Positions 38,116 through 48,130 of a stretch of DNA of 57,761 nt are shown here, one piece after another. The notes under the pieces were generated by a model. The model searched no databases. It saw only the letters and a list, made by a program, of their open reading frames with translations, and was not told the DNA's origin. The DNA is taken from positions 1 through 57,761 of the forward strand of contig CAYWBT010000001.1 of assembly GCA_964456585.1 (NCBI GenBank), given 5' to 3'. The translations under genes were made by a program, and so were the position numbers. This DNA comes from an uncultured bacterium (GTDB taxonomy: Bacteria; Latescibacterota; Latescibacteria; Latescibacterales; Latescibacteraceae). Numbering within the stretch: the stretch's first letter is position 1; each line of letters opens with the position of its first letter.

Positions 38116-38781
38116 TCAAGCCGGAAACAATTCCTGGAAAAACGCCTCCTTATAGACCAGTACGGTGAACTCGTAGAGCGGCGTGTTATGCAGGATCATG
38201 GTGAACCGCGAAATATTCTTTATACACCAGTTCATCATCGTACCGGGATTTGCATAGTACAGACCTTCGCAGTGATAGCCGGAAGACGACGACAGGAAAT
38301 TGAATCCGATTCCCTTGCCCGCCATACGGAACATATTATCGATGCTTCGAAAGATGAATCCTTCCCATTCTGTGAGGGGGCAGTCTCCCATCGCATTGAA
38401 TGTTCCGCTCACACAGTAGTAATCTTTCCCTTTAACCGATTCGCTGATCCGCTCGAATTCATCGCCGATATTCTGTACAGAGAACACACAGTCGGGATAC
38501 TTTTTCCGGTCATGCTCGATGAACTCAGGGAGGATGTCGCTGCCGGAATAGATGCATTCCGGGTAGTAGGGATCGAGAACCTCCTTGAAGTGCGCAAGTC
38601 CGCAGCCTGCCTCATGGACAGTATACGGCCCTGCCACTTCGTACTTGAAAAGTTCGGCAAGGCCCTGGAACCTGACTATCTGGGTTTTCCTGTCGTTCCA
38701 GGAGAGTGCCCGCGGATCGTCACCGTATCGTTTGAACTTATTACGGTAAAACTTCTTCTGGAACTCTTCAATTCTGTTCAT
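38116..38781 (-). CDS. Putative SAM-dependent methyltransferase
   Basis: 221-aa ORF. VHEAGCGLAHF fits SAM motif I (E/D.G.G.G) and SGSDILPEF fits the acidic post-I loop. The rest is not recognisable. Confidence 0.55.
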   Translation of the reverse strand: MNRIEEFQKKFYRNKFKRYGDDPRALSWNDRKTQIVRFQGLAELFKYEVAGPYTVHEAGCGLAHFKEVLDPYYPECIYSGSDILPEFIEHDRKKYPDCVFSVQNIGDEFERISESVKGKDYYCVSGTFNAMGDCPLTEWEGFIFRSIDNMFRMAGKGIGFNFLSSSSGYHCEGLYYANPGTMMNWCIKNISRFTMILHNTPLYEFTVLVYKEAFFQELFPA

Positions 38782-38864
38782 GGAGATACCTTATCATAGC
38801 CGGCAGTATCCAACTTGGCGAAACGCGATCGGTGGCTTTCTTCCCGCCCCGTCACTTTCGCACA

Positions 38865-41036
38865 TTAAAACCGGTACGTGTAGTCCATCTTCAGCATACC
38901 GGTATTCCTGAGCGTCCGGTAGCGGTCCCGTTCGTCCATCAGGTGATTGTAGACGATATAGAGGTCGCTACCGAGCTTCGGTTCCCAGTGAATGCGGTAG
39001 TTGACATTCACCTCGTTCGTTTCGTTGTTCCATTGAACATAGGCACTCGAAGAAAGGCGCGTGGAAACATCCACGTCGATTCTCCCGCCATATTCACGCG
39101 TATCAAATGAACGCTCGGCAATGATGATATTGTTATAGACCACATCAGCCGTGAGGGAATAGAACCTGCTCAGCTTGAAGGTACACGCCACATCAACCAT
39201 ATCGCGCGTTCCGCTATAGAAATCACCCCACTGCATTTCTGCTTCGAAGGAAACAGGCCTGCTTTCGTTCGAAGTGAAATTAGCCTGGTAATACCACCAG
39301 GCATACGTGCCGGGAGAAATGACAACGTCATCGAAAATATCGAAATCCTCATCGAGGTAGTCATATTCGTTCATGATTTCAAAGATAAATTCATCGCCAT
39401 AATCGGTCACAATTCCAAATGGCCGAAATTCGGTTTTGCGTGTCAGAAGCCGGTTATTCATGTCCGTGGTATAATTGACATCGACCGGCTTGAAAAGCAG
39501 CTGTTTGACATGCGGAATACTGGGTCGCGGCCTGATATTTATCCGGGCGATGGAGTTTCTGATCCCGGTACGGCTCACAAACCCGATTTCCGGATTGTAA
39601 TTCGTATCGATGACGTGGTGCAGAACATAGGCATCGATGAGATCGTTCGGGTACGCAACGAATACTCTTCCGGCAAGGTTATCGGTGCCCTTCCCGTCTG
39701 TCAGAGAACCGGAGAGGTATCCCTGAACCTCGAAATTCTTATCGCCGAGAAACGAGTTGGTACGGAGGATGAAATCGGTTCCGAGTACCTGACTGTCATG
39801 GTTATCCCTGTCGAGTACGCTCGTGGCGATGAATCCGATGTATGATTGGTCGAACACATCCTGCTTTATCCGGGCGACCGTATAGTTGGTTCCCGGTATA
39901 CCGTGTTTGCCCTCTGTCTGCATCGAAAGCACACCGAGCCGGAGCGAGCCTGTTTTCTGAATGAATTTTGCGCCGCCGAGAACCGGTATCTCCTCCCTGT
40001 CCGGTGAAATACCAATGCGCCGCGAGTAGAAGAGCCGGGTGCCACCCTGGGTAAAGTCGAAGGTCTCCTGCCCCTCGAGGAAAAAATCCCGCTTCTCGGG
40101 GTAGTGGATATCGAATCGGGTCAGGTTGATCACTTCACGGTCGCTTTCGATCTGGGAAAAGTCCGTTTTCGTGGTCAGCTGGAGCGTTGCATTCGAGGTG
40201 ATACCGTACCTGACATCGAGTCCCGCGCGGAGAACCTCATCGGTGCCTTCGTCCCTGGTTCTCTCCGCACCGGTAAGAAGGTATGGCTTGAGGTCAACCT
40301 GCCTGGTTGCCTTCAGCGGTTTATCAAGGAGGAGCGTACCGGTTTTTGAGAGATCCAGGAAGCGGTCATCCCGGTGCCAACCGCGAAAGTGCAACTCCTC
40401 GTTCTTTCGGCGAATCGTACGCTTAATGTTCAGCCGCCACACCTGGGTGTCGGTGGTTGGAAAACGGAGCGTCTTGAAAGGGATGACAATCTCGCACGAC
40501 CACCCCTGGTCTGTAATCCGAGCACGAACGTCCCAGATACCATCCCAATCGACATTTTCCTTATCTGCCCCCCCGCGAAACGTGGCGTCGTAGCGGAAAC
40601 CGTTCGGATTGGTCGAGAACAGATATCCCATGCGCATGTCGTTATAGGTGTCGAAGGCAAAGGAAATCCTGTCGTCCGAATCAGGGTTTACATCCCGTTT
40701 CAACTGCTTGTGGATGATCTTTTCCGGTTCGCTGTCGAAGCAGATGACTCCAATATAGAAGTTATCTTCATCGAAGGCGAAGCGTACCTCGGTTCTCTCT
40801 GTCGGTGGCGCTCCCTCGCTCAATTCGCGCTGGGTAAAATCGATTACCGGTTCGATACTTTCCCAGAACGGCTCGTTGAGAATGCCATCCAGCCGGACTG
40901 CCTCTTCGATATAGCCCGACTCGACTTGTCCCCGGCATTCCCCCGGTGCCAGGAAAGAACCGGCAGCCACAAGCAATACGAATATCCCGATGAAGCCGCG
41001 CTCACGATTTTTATTCACTACTGGGTGTTTCCCCAC
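38865..41036 (-). CDS. CBM9-like / DUF5916 family outer-membrane protein
   Basis: 723-aa ORF with a signal peptide. The N-terminal LDGILNEPFWE ... FAFDEDNFYIGVICFD ... DDRISFAFDTYND is typical of the carbohydrate-binding family 9-like module. It is followed by a long beta-rich region ending in an aromatic residue (YTYRF). Confidence 0.72.
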   Translation of the reverse strand: MGKHPVVNKNRERGFIGIFVLLVAAGSFLAPGECRGQVESGYIEEAVRLDGILNEPFWESIEPVIDFTQRELSEGAPPTERTEVRFAFDEDNFYIGVICFDSEPEKIIHKQLKRDVNPDSDDRISFAFDTYNDMRMGYLFSTNPNGFRYDATFRGGADKENVDWDGIWDVRARITDQGWSCEIVIPFKTLRFPTTDTQVWRLNIKRTIRRKNEELHFRGWHRDDRFLDLSKTGTLLLDKPLKATRQVDLKPYLLTGAERTRDEGTDEVLRAGLDVRYGITSNATLQLTTKTDFSQIESDREVINLTRFDIHYPEKRDFFLEGQETFDFTQGGTRLFYSRRIGISPDREEIPVLGGAKFIQKTGSLRLGVLSMQTEGKHGIPGTNYTVARIKQDVFDQSYIGFIATSVLDRDNHDSQVLGTDFILRTNSFLGDKNFEVQGYLSGSLTDGKGTDNLAGRVFVAYPNDLIDAYVLHHVIDTNYNPEIGFVSRTGIRNSIARINIRPRPSIPHVKQLLFKPVDVNYTTDMNNRLLTRKTEFRPFGIVTDYGDEFIFEIMNEYDYLDEDFDIFDDVVISPGTYAWWYYQANFTSNESRPVSFEAEMQWGDFYSGTRDMVDVACTFKLSRFYSLTADVVYNNIIIAERSFDTREYGGRIDVDVSTRLSSSAYVQWNNETNEVNVNYRIHWEPKLGSDLYIVYNHLMDERDRYRTLRNTGMLKMDYTYRF

Positions 41037-41246
41037 TACGTGCTCTCCTCGATATTTGATTGTTTCAGGTTATTGTTCAAGATGAAATAAAAGTATATCA
41101 AGATACCCTCTGCAGCACAACAGCTTTTTCGAAAAAAAGCGCTAAAAAGAGCCGGTGGGATACTTGGTGACAAACCTCATTCACCGAAAATGTATTATGT
41201 ACCATCGACAACCTGAAACTTGACATGCGTGAGATAAATAAGGATA

Positions 41247-42440
41247 TTGCATCATACGGGAGATGAATCGCTTATGAATGGTATATCTATGATCGCAGCC
41301 TTTGTGTTGATCGGCGGAGGAATGGTGTATCTTGCTGCCTGTCTTATCGCGTTCACAGGGCATGTTCGTTCGCACAAACGTTTGGAAAACATCACACCGT
41401 CCGTCTCGGTGATTATCGCCGCCCGCAACGAGGAAAAGACCATCGGCGAACTTCTCGGCGACCTCCTCCGGCAGGATTATCCCGCGGACAAACTCGAAAT
41501 CATTGCGGTTGACGACTGTTCCGAGGACGGTACAAAAGCGGTTATCGAGGAATTTTCCGCCAGTGATAAACGAGTCCGTCTCGTTGAAACGCGGTTTTCA
41601 CAATCGCCGTATACCCACAAGAAACGCGCTGTTCACGATGGCATACTATCCTCGACCGGCGAGATTATCATAACCACCGATGCCGACTGCCGGATTCACC
41701 ATACCTGGATTCTCACCATGGTGAGCTATTTCACGCCGGGTGTAGAACTCGTTGCCGGCACCGTCGTCGAAGAAGCGCACGGATTACTCGGCCTTATGGA
41801 GTCGCTCGAACTGATCGGCATACAGTCGATGGCGGCCGGATTCATGAATAGACGGTTTCCCCTTACCTGCAATGGCGCAAGCCTCGCTTACCGGCGTTCC
41901 GCGTTCGAGCGGGTGAATGGCTTCGAAAACATCGGGCAGTTGGTCTCGGGTGATGACGATCTACTCATGCAGAAGATCGCACAGGGCGATCCTTCCCGGG
42001 TGGTATTCGCCTTTGGAAGGGAAACCGCGGTCATATCACGGCCGAGCGCCACCCTCGGAGAGTTTCTTGCCCGAAGAAGCCGCTGGGCTTCGAAGATTTC
42101 CCGGTATCCATCTTCCGGTGCGGTTGCTCTGATGGTGGTATTCTTTACCTTCTTCACCATCATATCCGCCTGGTTTGTGCTCGCAGTGGCGGGCTTGGCC
42201 GGATTCGGGATTTTCGCGGTGGGATACGGGCTGAAAACCGCGGGGGACCTCCTGTTGACCACGTACGGAGCGGTCAGGATGAAACAAGCTAAGTATCTGC
42301 TTGTGTTTCCCCTTGCCGAAGTGTTGCATGTTCCCTATATCATTGGGGTGACACTGCGGGGGTATTTCGGGTCGTTCGAATGGCGCGGCCGCCAAACCGC
42401 AGCATTCAGCACGGAAACCGGAGAACAGGCTCATGATTAA
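41247..42440 (+). CDS. Family 2 glycosyltransferase (membrane-integrated, synthase-like)
   Basis: N-terminal TM helix, SVIIAARNEE, VDDCSEDGT, TDADC, the GDD..L region, RRSRWASK (Q/R..RW) and C-terminal TM helices. The true start may be ATG 41274. Confidence 0.85.
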   Translation: MHHTGDESLMNGISMIAAFVLIGGGMVYLAACLIAFTGHVRSHKRLENITPSVSVIIAARNEEKTIGELLGDLLRQDYPADKLEIIAVDDCSEDGTKAVIEEFSASDKRVRLVETRFSQSPYTHKKRAVHDGILSSTGEIIITTDADCRIHHTWILTMVSYFTPGVELVAGTVVEEAHGLLGLMESLELIGIQSMAAGFMNRRFPLTCNGASLAYRRSAFERVNGFENIGQLVSGDDDLLMQKIAQGDPSRVVFAFGRETAVISRPSATLGEFLARRSRWASKISRYPSSGAVALMVVFFTFFTIISAWFVLAVAGLAGFGIFAVGYGLKTAGDLLLTTYGAVRMKQAKYLLVFPLAEVLHVPYIIGVTLRGYFGSFEWRGRQTAAFSTETGEQAHD

Positions 42441-43134
42441 GCGCATGAAAGAATCGCTCACCTTCGTTCCCCCGGCGATGCTGAAAAAGTTACTCGGTCG
42501 GTGTGTCTGGGAGGGCACGCCCCAATCGAAGACGTTAGCGCTGACCTTCGATGACGGGCCTGATCCGGACATTACGCCTCTCGTCCTCGATATCCTCGAT
42601 GAACTCGACAGCCGCGGGACGTTCTTCCTCGTGGGCGACCGGGTGAAAAAGTACCCGCAGATAAGCAGGAGCATTCTGGAACGCGGACATGTCATTGGTA
42701 ATCACTCGATGACACACCAGCGAATGTTGTTCATGAAGCGGCGTGAAGCGGCATACGAGATTGACGAGGCACAGAAAATGATCAGCGATGCAGTCGGGAG
42801 TACGCCGAAGTGGTTTCGCCCGCCGTATGGGCTCTTCAACCTCACGACCGCCCGACTCGCCCGGGAGTGGGCGCTTCCGCTCGTCCTGTGGACAGTGCTT
42901 TCGGGAGATTACACGGACAATCCACCCGACCGAATACTCGCCCACATTGAATCCTTTATCCGCCCGGGAGCGATACAGGTTTTTCATGATACTGTTCAGG
43001 GAGGTGGAATCGAACTGGTAAACCTGATCCGCCACATCGGACAGCAAGCTATAAAAAAGGGGATCGGGATCGGAAGCATCGAAGATCTATCCCTGGTGGA
43101 GAACGGGGAGGACATCGAACTACATGACAGTTGA
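42433..43134 (+). CDS. Polysaccharide deacetylase (CE4, NodB homology domain)
   Basis: LTFDDGPDPD, GNHSMTH, FRPPYG and VFHD motifs. It overlaps both flanking GT2 genes (8 nt and 11 nt). Confidence 0.88.
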   Translation: MIKRMKESLTFVPPAMLKKLLGRCVWEGTPQSKTLALTFDDGPDPDITPLVLDILDELDSRGTFFLVGDRVKKYPQISRSILERGHVIGNHSMTHQRMLFMKRREAAYEIDEAQKMISDAVGSTPKWFRPPYGLFNLTTARLAREWALPLVLWTVLSGDYTDNPPDRILAHIESFIRPGAIQVFHDTVQGGGIELVNLIRHIGQQAIKKGIGIGSIEDLSLVENGEDIELHDS

Positions 43135-44248
43135 CATTCTCGCGCTGGTCATTGTCGTCTATGCGCTTGTCTATCTTGTGTTCGCCGTCCTGATCATGGC
43201 CGGAGAGAAACGCCTGAAATCCGCAAGCCTTCCTGTCGAGCTTCCCCGGATATCGGTCGTCATCTGCGCCCGTAACGAGGAACACAATCTCCCGCGAACC
43301 CTCAACAGTATTATCAAGCTCGACTACCCACGGGACCGGCTCGAGGTGCTTCTCGTGGATGACGAGTCGGAAGACCGCACCGGGGAAATATGCCGGGAGT
43401 ACGCGGCGCGCGACCGCATGTTCAGGGTGCTCTCCACTGCGGGAGAATCCCACGATCTGAACGCCAAACAGCGCCCGTTGAATCTTGGTGTCCGGGAATC
43501 GACCGGGGAAATTGTGTGTATCACCGATGCCGATATCGAGGTCCAACCGGGATGGATCAAGGGACATCTCTCGGCCTACGATGAAACGATTGGAATTGTG
43601 GGGGCAACAACCCGGGTCGACACCTCTTCCGGGAAGCTGTTCGACCGTCTCCAGTGCTCCGATCTGATCACCAAGCACGCGGTGGCGATGGGCTGCTCCG
43701 GACTCGGATTCCCAATCACCGTCATGGGAAACAACATGTCCTTCAGGCGTGAAGCTTTTGATGCGGTCGGTGGTTTTTTCGGCGTGTCGGCGAGCATCGT
43801 GGAGGACATGGCTCTCATGAACGCTATCGTGCGGCAGACAGGCTATACATCACGGTGGGTAACCGATGAGAGCGGCGTGGTTGTTTCCGCCCCGGAGGAG
43901 AATGTAGCAACCTTTATCAGGCAGCGTCTCCGATGGGTGTATGAACTCTCCGATTTTTCCTTCGTCGGTCGGCTCATGATGTTTATCGAGGGCATGATGA
44001 TTGTCTCGTTTATCACCTCTCTTGCCCTGACTTACTGGACATTAAAGCCGCTGGCAGTGGTGTGCCTTTCGTGGATAGCGGGGTACCTTATCATGCTTTC
44101 GGGGCTTTCCGGCGCACGACGGAGCGATGCTTTCACCATCCCGGCAATGATTGTTTTTCAAATGTATTATGGTACTCTTTTCTTTGCAAACCAGATATTC
44201 GGGAAGAAGCAGGTTGTCTGGAAAGGCCGGGTGTTTGGTAAAAAATAA
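43124..44248 (+). CDS. Family 2 glycosyltransferase (second, membrane-integrated)
   Basis: SVVICARNEE, VDDESEDRT, TDADIEV, the VEDMAL region, QRLRW and C-terminal TM helices. Confidence 0.85.
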   Translation: MTVDILALVIVVYALVYLVFAVLIMAGEKRLKSASLPVELPRISVVICARNEEHNLPRTLNSIIKLDYPRDRLEVLLVDDESEDRTGEICREYAARDRMFRVLSTAGESHDLNAKQRPLNLGVRESTGEIVCITDADIEVQPGWIKGHLSAYDETIGIVGATTRVDTSSGKLFDRLQCSDLITKHAVAMGCSGLGFPITVMGNNMSFRREAFDAVGGFFGVSASIVEDMALMNAIVRQTGYTSRWVTDESGVVVSAPEENVATFIRQRLRWVYELSDFSFVGRLMMFIEGMMIVSFITSLALTYWTLKPLAVVCLSWIAGYLIMLSGLSGARRSDAFTIPAMIVFQMYYGTLFFANQIFGKKQVVWKGRVFGKK

Positions 44249-44302
44249 TCCTGCGTGAACACAGGATTTTCCTGAGGGCAGGGGAGCCCGAAGAGGAAGT
44301 AT

Positions 44303-45331
44303 ATGGGATCGATTGCAATTGTACAAACCGCGTTCATCGGTGATGTCATCCTGGCGACGCCACTCTTCGAAGCGGCACGCAGGTCGTGTCCCGATGAGAG
44401 AATAATCGCGGTCGTTCGCTCGGGGTGTGAAAACCTTGTCGAGAACAACCCGTTTGTCGACACGATTGTGGTGTGGGACAAGCGCGGAGCTGATCGTGGC
44501 ATTGTTGGCCTGATACGTTTTGCGGGAAGGCTCCGCCGGCTCGGGGTGACCACAGCGCTCATTCCCCACCGGTCGTTCAGGACGGCGCTGGCTTTATTTC
44601 TTTCGGGGACTCAAACCCGTATCGGTTTCGCGAAAGGCGGGGGAACGTTCCTGCACAGCGCACGGATTCCATATCGTACCGATGTCCACGAAGTGGACCG
44701 TAACCTCATGCTTGCAGAAGCTCTCGACTGGGATATGGGATCGGTCGAACCATCGGTCTATCCTGATGATTCCGACAGAAACATTGTTACCGATATTTTG
44801 ACCGGTATCGAGGAATTCTGCGTGCTCGCTCCCGGATCGGTCTGGGCGACAAAACAGTGGCCCGGCGAATACTTTGCCGAACTCGGAAGCGTATACGCTC
44901 AGCGAGGACAGGGAGTTGTCATCAGCGGGGCTGCATCCGACCAGGATGTCTGCCGCTTCGTCGCCGATGGTGTTTCCGGCGCGGTGAACGCCTGCGGTAA
45001 ACTGACCCTGCGGCAGTCGTTTGAACTCTACCGGCGCGCGCGTTTTGTCCTCACCGGAGATACCGCCCCGCAGCATCTCGCGGCTGCGGCGGGTACGTGG
45101 ACGTTTTCGATTTTCGGCCCGACTGTCCGGGATTTCGGCTTCTGGCCCTATACCGACCGGAGCGTGGTTATCGAGGAATCCATGGACTGCCGACCCTGCA
45201 GCGTGCATGGTCCCCGTGCCTGTCCGATAGGAACGCACGCCTGTATGCGCAACATCTCCCCCGGACGGATTGTCTCAGTGATCGATGAAGCGCTGGAAAG
45301 GGAACACAACCAGGCAACTGCGGAAACGTAG
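44303..45331 (+). CDS. Family 9 glycosyltransferase (heptosyltransferase-like)
   Basis: N-terminal IAIVQTAFIGDVILATPL, PGSVWATKQWP and LTGDTAPQHLAAA motifs are characteristic of GT9 / Waa heptosyltransferases. Confidence 0.83.
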   Translation: MGSIAIVQTAFIGDVILATPLFEAARRSCPDERIIAVVRSGCENLVENNPFVDTIVVWDKRGADRGIVGLIRFAGRLRRLGVTTALIPHRSFRTALALFLSGTQTRIGFAKGGGTFLHSARIPYRTDVHEVDRNLMLAEALDWDMGSVEPSVYPDDSDRNIVTDILTGIEEFCVLAPGSVWATKQWPGEYFAELGSVYAQRGQGVVISGAASDQDVCRFVADGVSGAVNACGKLTLRQSFELYRRARFVLTGDTAPQHLAAAAGTWTFSIFGPTVRDFGFWPYTDRSVVIEESMDCRPCSVHGPRACPIGTHACMRNISPGRIVSVIDEALEREHNQATAET

Positions 45332-45499
45332 GGAATGAAAACAGCAGGAACAGCCCGGAAGACAGAATGAACGGGATATTTTGATGAAGTAATAAGAAAA
45401 CGTTCCTGTACGCAACGCGTTATTTTTTCACCGCTCGCGGCATTAGGTAAAATCCGTTATACTACCAGTGGCACCATATTTATCCGGAGAACACACTTC

Positions 45500-46483
45500 A
45501 TGGAAGCCGCTTATTACACAACTCGTGAAGATGGGAAGGTCGCCTGTACCCTCTGCCCGAATTTCTGCATCATCGCCGAGGGAAAGAGCGGTGTCTGCCG
45601 GGTACGGGCGAACCTGGGCGGTACGTTGTATGCCGAGTCATACGGGGAAGTTGTTTCCCTCTCGATTGATCCTGTCGAGAAGAAGCCGCTCTATCACTTT
45701 TACCCGTCGAAGCCCATCCTTTCCACCGGGCCGAACGGGTGCAATCTGCGGTGTCTCTTCTGCCAGAACAGCGAGATATCACAGAAGAAGTCGGTGACCA
45801 GCTCTGTCCCGCCGGAAGAACTCGCCGCAATGGCCTCGCGGGACGGTTCTATCGGCGTCGCCTACACCTACACCGAGCCTTTCATCTGGTTCGAGTTTAT
45901 TCGTGACGCCGGCACGCTGGTGCACGAACGCGGCCTGGTCAATGTGCTGGTCACGAACGGCTATGTGAACGAGGAACCCCTCGTCGAATTGCTCCCGGTC
46001 ATCGACGCCATGAATATCGATATCAAGGCGATGCGGCCGGAATTTTACCGTGAGCTCTGCGGAGGGAACCTCGATGATGTGCTGCGGACTGTGGAGATTG
46101 CGTCCCGATCCTGCCATATCGAGGTGACAAACCTCATCATCCCCGGCCGGAATGATACGGACGAAGATTTCCACACGCTGGTTGACTGGTTGTGTGGAGT
46201 CAGTCCTTCCATACCCCTGCATTTTTCACGGTATTTCCCGCGGTACAAATTTTCCGAACCGGAAACACCGATCAAAACACTCGAGCGGGCATATGAAATA
46301 GCACGGGAAAAACTGCACTATGTCTATGTCGGGAATATCCATCTCGAAGGCACCTCCGACACGGTGTGTCCAAAGTGCGGGAACCTGCTCGTTCAGAGGT
46401 CGTACTATCATGTGCGGGTATCCGGAATCAAGGACGGGGCATGTTCACAGTGCGGGCGTCTTGTCGATATCGTGGGCGTCTGA
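45500..46483 (+). CDS. amrS: AmmeMemoRadiSam-system-type radical SAM enzyme (PFL-activase-like)
   Basis: N-terminal CTLCPNFCIIAEGKSGVCRVR auxiliary Cys motif, radical SAM CNLRCLFCQN, and C-terminal CPKCG...CSQCG zinc-ribbon-like pairs. Confidence 0.8.
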   Translation: MEAAYYTTREDGKVACTLCPNFCIIAEGKSGVCRVRANLGGTLYAESYGEVVSLSIDPVEKKPLYHFYPSKPILSTGPNGCNLRCLFCQNSEISQKKSVTSSVPPEELAAMASRDGSIGVAYTYTEPFIWFEFIRDAGTLVHERGLVNVLVTNGYVNEEPLVELLPVIDAMNIDIKAMRPEFYRELCGGNLDDVLRTVEIASRSCHIEVTNLIIPGRNDTDEDFHTLVDWLCGVSPSIPLHFSRYFPRYKFSEPETPIKTLERAYEIAREKLHYVYVGNIHLEGTSDTVCPKCGNLLVQRSYYHVRVSGIKDGACSQCGRLVDIVGV

Positions 46484-46595
46484 ATCGACTATACTCAGGA
46501 TATCCGTCCGGAAAATTGTCTCCACCGCGGGGACAGTATCCGAATAGTCCCGATGTAAAAATAGAACGACGAGTGTGCAACGATACTGAGGAAAA

Positions 46596-46985
46596 ATGAA
46601 CCGACTTGTAATGAAATACTGCAGGAAGGGCGATGTGGTGCTGGTGATTTCCCTGCTCCTGGTGTCCATTGGAAGCATCGCCGGTGTTCGTAACTTGTAT
46701 TCCGGCGGACGGCATGCAGTTGTTGAGGTCGATGGCAAACATACACTGGAACTTTCTCTCGATAAAAACGTTACAGAAACGGTACGGGGTCCGCTGGGTG
46801 AAACCGTTATTGTTATTGAAAACGGATATGCGGAGATCGAAGAGTCTGCCTGTCCGCACAAGTACTGCGTTCGAATGGGGCGCATTAGTCATATGGGGGA
46901 AGTAATCATATGCGTTCCCAATCGAGTGATGGTTACTATACGCGGCGGCAGTGAAGAAGATTCTTTCGACGGGGTGACACAATGA
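46596..46985 (+). CDS. NusG domain II-containing protein (DUF1312)
   Basis: 129-aa ORF with an N-terminal TM helix, then CPHKYCV...G..IICVPNRVMV, typical of NusG-II family proteins. The ATGA overlap with the next gene reproduces the known pairing with the Gx transporter. Confidence 0.72.
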   Translation: MNRLVMKYCRKGDVVLVISLLLVSIGSIAGVRNLYSGGRHAVVEVDGKHTLELSLDKNVTETVRGPLGETVIVIENGYAEIEESACPHKYCVRMGRISHMGEVIICVPNRVMVTIRGGSEEDSFDGVTQ

Positions 46986-47515
46986 CACCGGGGAGCACCG
47001 AAACAAAACGTCTGGTGCTGCTTTCTCTGCTTTCAGCCAGCGGACTCGTACTTTTTGTCTTCGAGTCCACCCTACCACTCCTGCCCTGGTTCAGGCCGGG
47101 TCTGGGCAACATTGCAACTATCATAGCCCTCATGCTCTTTGGCTTCAGTGATGGGTTGAAGGTGACCATCCTTCGAATCGTGCTCGGGGCACTCGTACTG
47201 GGTCGGCTCCTGACACCGGTTTTCATCCTGGCATTTTCCGGTGGTTTGGCTTCAGTTTTTGTTATGGGCATAGTCAGGCGGTACACGTCACGACGGCTCT
47301 TTGGACCGGTCGGCATCAGCGTTTTCGGTGCAGTTTCTCACAATCTGATGCAGCTGTGTGCGGCATATTTACTCTTTGTCAAAAGCCTCGAAATATTTAT
47401 ATTAATTCCGTTGTTCCTTGGAATGGCTGTCCTGACAGGTACGCTGACCGGTCTCGTGGCCGCCATGATACTCGAAAGAATCACCGGCCGGAATCAGTTG
47501 CTCTCCGTGAAGTAA
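46982..47515 (+). CDS. Gx transporter family protein (heptaprenyl diphosphate synthase component I-like)
   Basis: 177-aa polytopic ORF. The FESTLPLLPWFRPGLGNI motif is typical of this family. Confidence 0.72.
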   Translation: MTPGSTETKRLVLLSLLSASGLVLFVFESTLPLLPWFRPGLGNIATIIALMLFGFSDGLKVTILRIVLGALVLGRLLTPVFILAFSGGLASVFVMGIVRRYTSRRLFGPVGISVFGAVSHNLMQLCAAYLLFVKSLEIFILIPLFLGMAVLTGTLTGLVAAMILERITGRNQLLSVK

Positions 47516-47596
47516 TCACGCGCAGGAAACCGGCCTGACAATAACTTGAACCGTGTGATGTGTTTTTCATCACATGCACTCCGGGATTCACCACGC

Positions 47597-48130
47597 ATGA
47601 GAATCGGGAAAACGCGCGTCGAGATTACCGGGAAGGACATTGCCGAACTCGATGTCCAAGGCATAGTAAATCCGGCGAATAACATGCTCTGGCTGGGCGG
47701 CGGTATTTCGGCAGAAATACGTCATACCGGCGGCGATGCCATAGAGCAGGAGGCGCTCAAAAAGGCACCGGCAGCTATCGGGGAGACAATCGTGACCAGC
47801 GCGGGATCGATGCATGCACGGTGGATATTCCATGCGGTCATTGCCGGCCAGGATCTTGTGATCACTGACGACGCCCTCCTAAAAGCAATGCACGCAGTAC
47901 TGGTTCAGGCGAACACAACCGGCTGCCGATCCCTTGCTGTTCCTCTGCTCACTATCGGCACCCACGACATAGAAGTGCACCGGGTTGCTCATATACTAGT
48001 GGACGAGATAGTAAACTATCTTGTCACTGAAAATCGCTCGCTCGAAAGGATTGTCATCGTGGAGCACGACGAGAGTACCCGTCACATACTTGAGACGACG
48101 TTACAGGAAAAATTCACAAAACATGCCTGA
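47597..48130 (+). CDS. Macro domain (ADP-ribose binding/processing) protein
   Basis: Start placed at ATG 47597. GIVNPANNML, GGGISAEI and FHAV motifs match macro domains. Confidence 0.8.
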   Translation: MRIGKTRVEITGKDIAELDVQGIVNPANNMLWLGGGISAEIRHTGGDAIEQEALKKAPAAIGETIVTSAGSMHARWIFHAVIAGQDLVITDDALLKAMHAVLVQANTTGCRSLAVPLLTIGTHDIEVHRVAHILVDEIVNYLVTENRSLERIVIVEHDESTRHILETTLQEKFTKHA

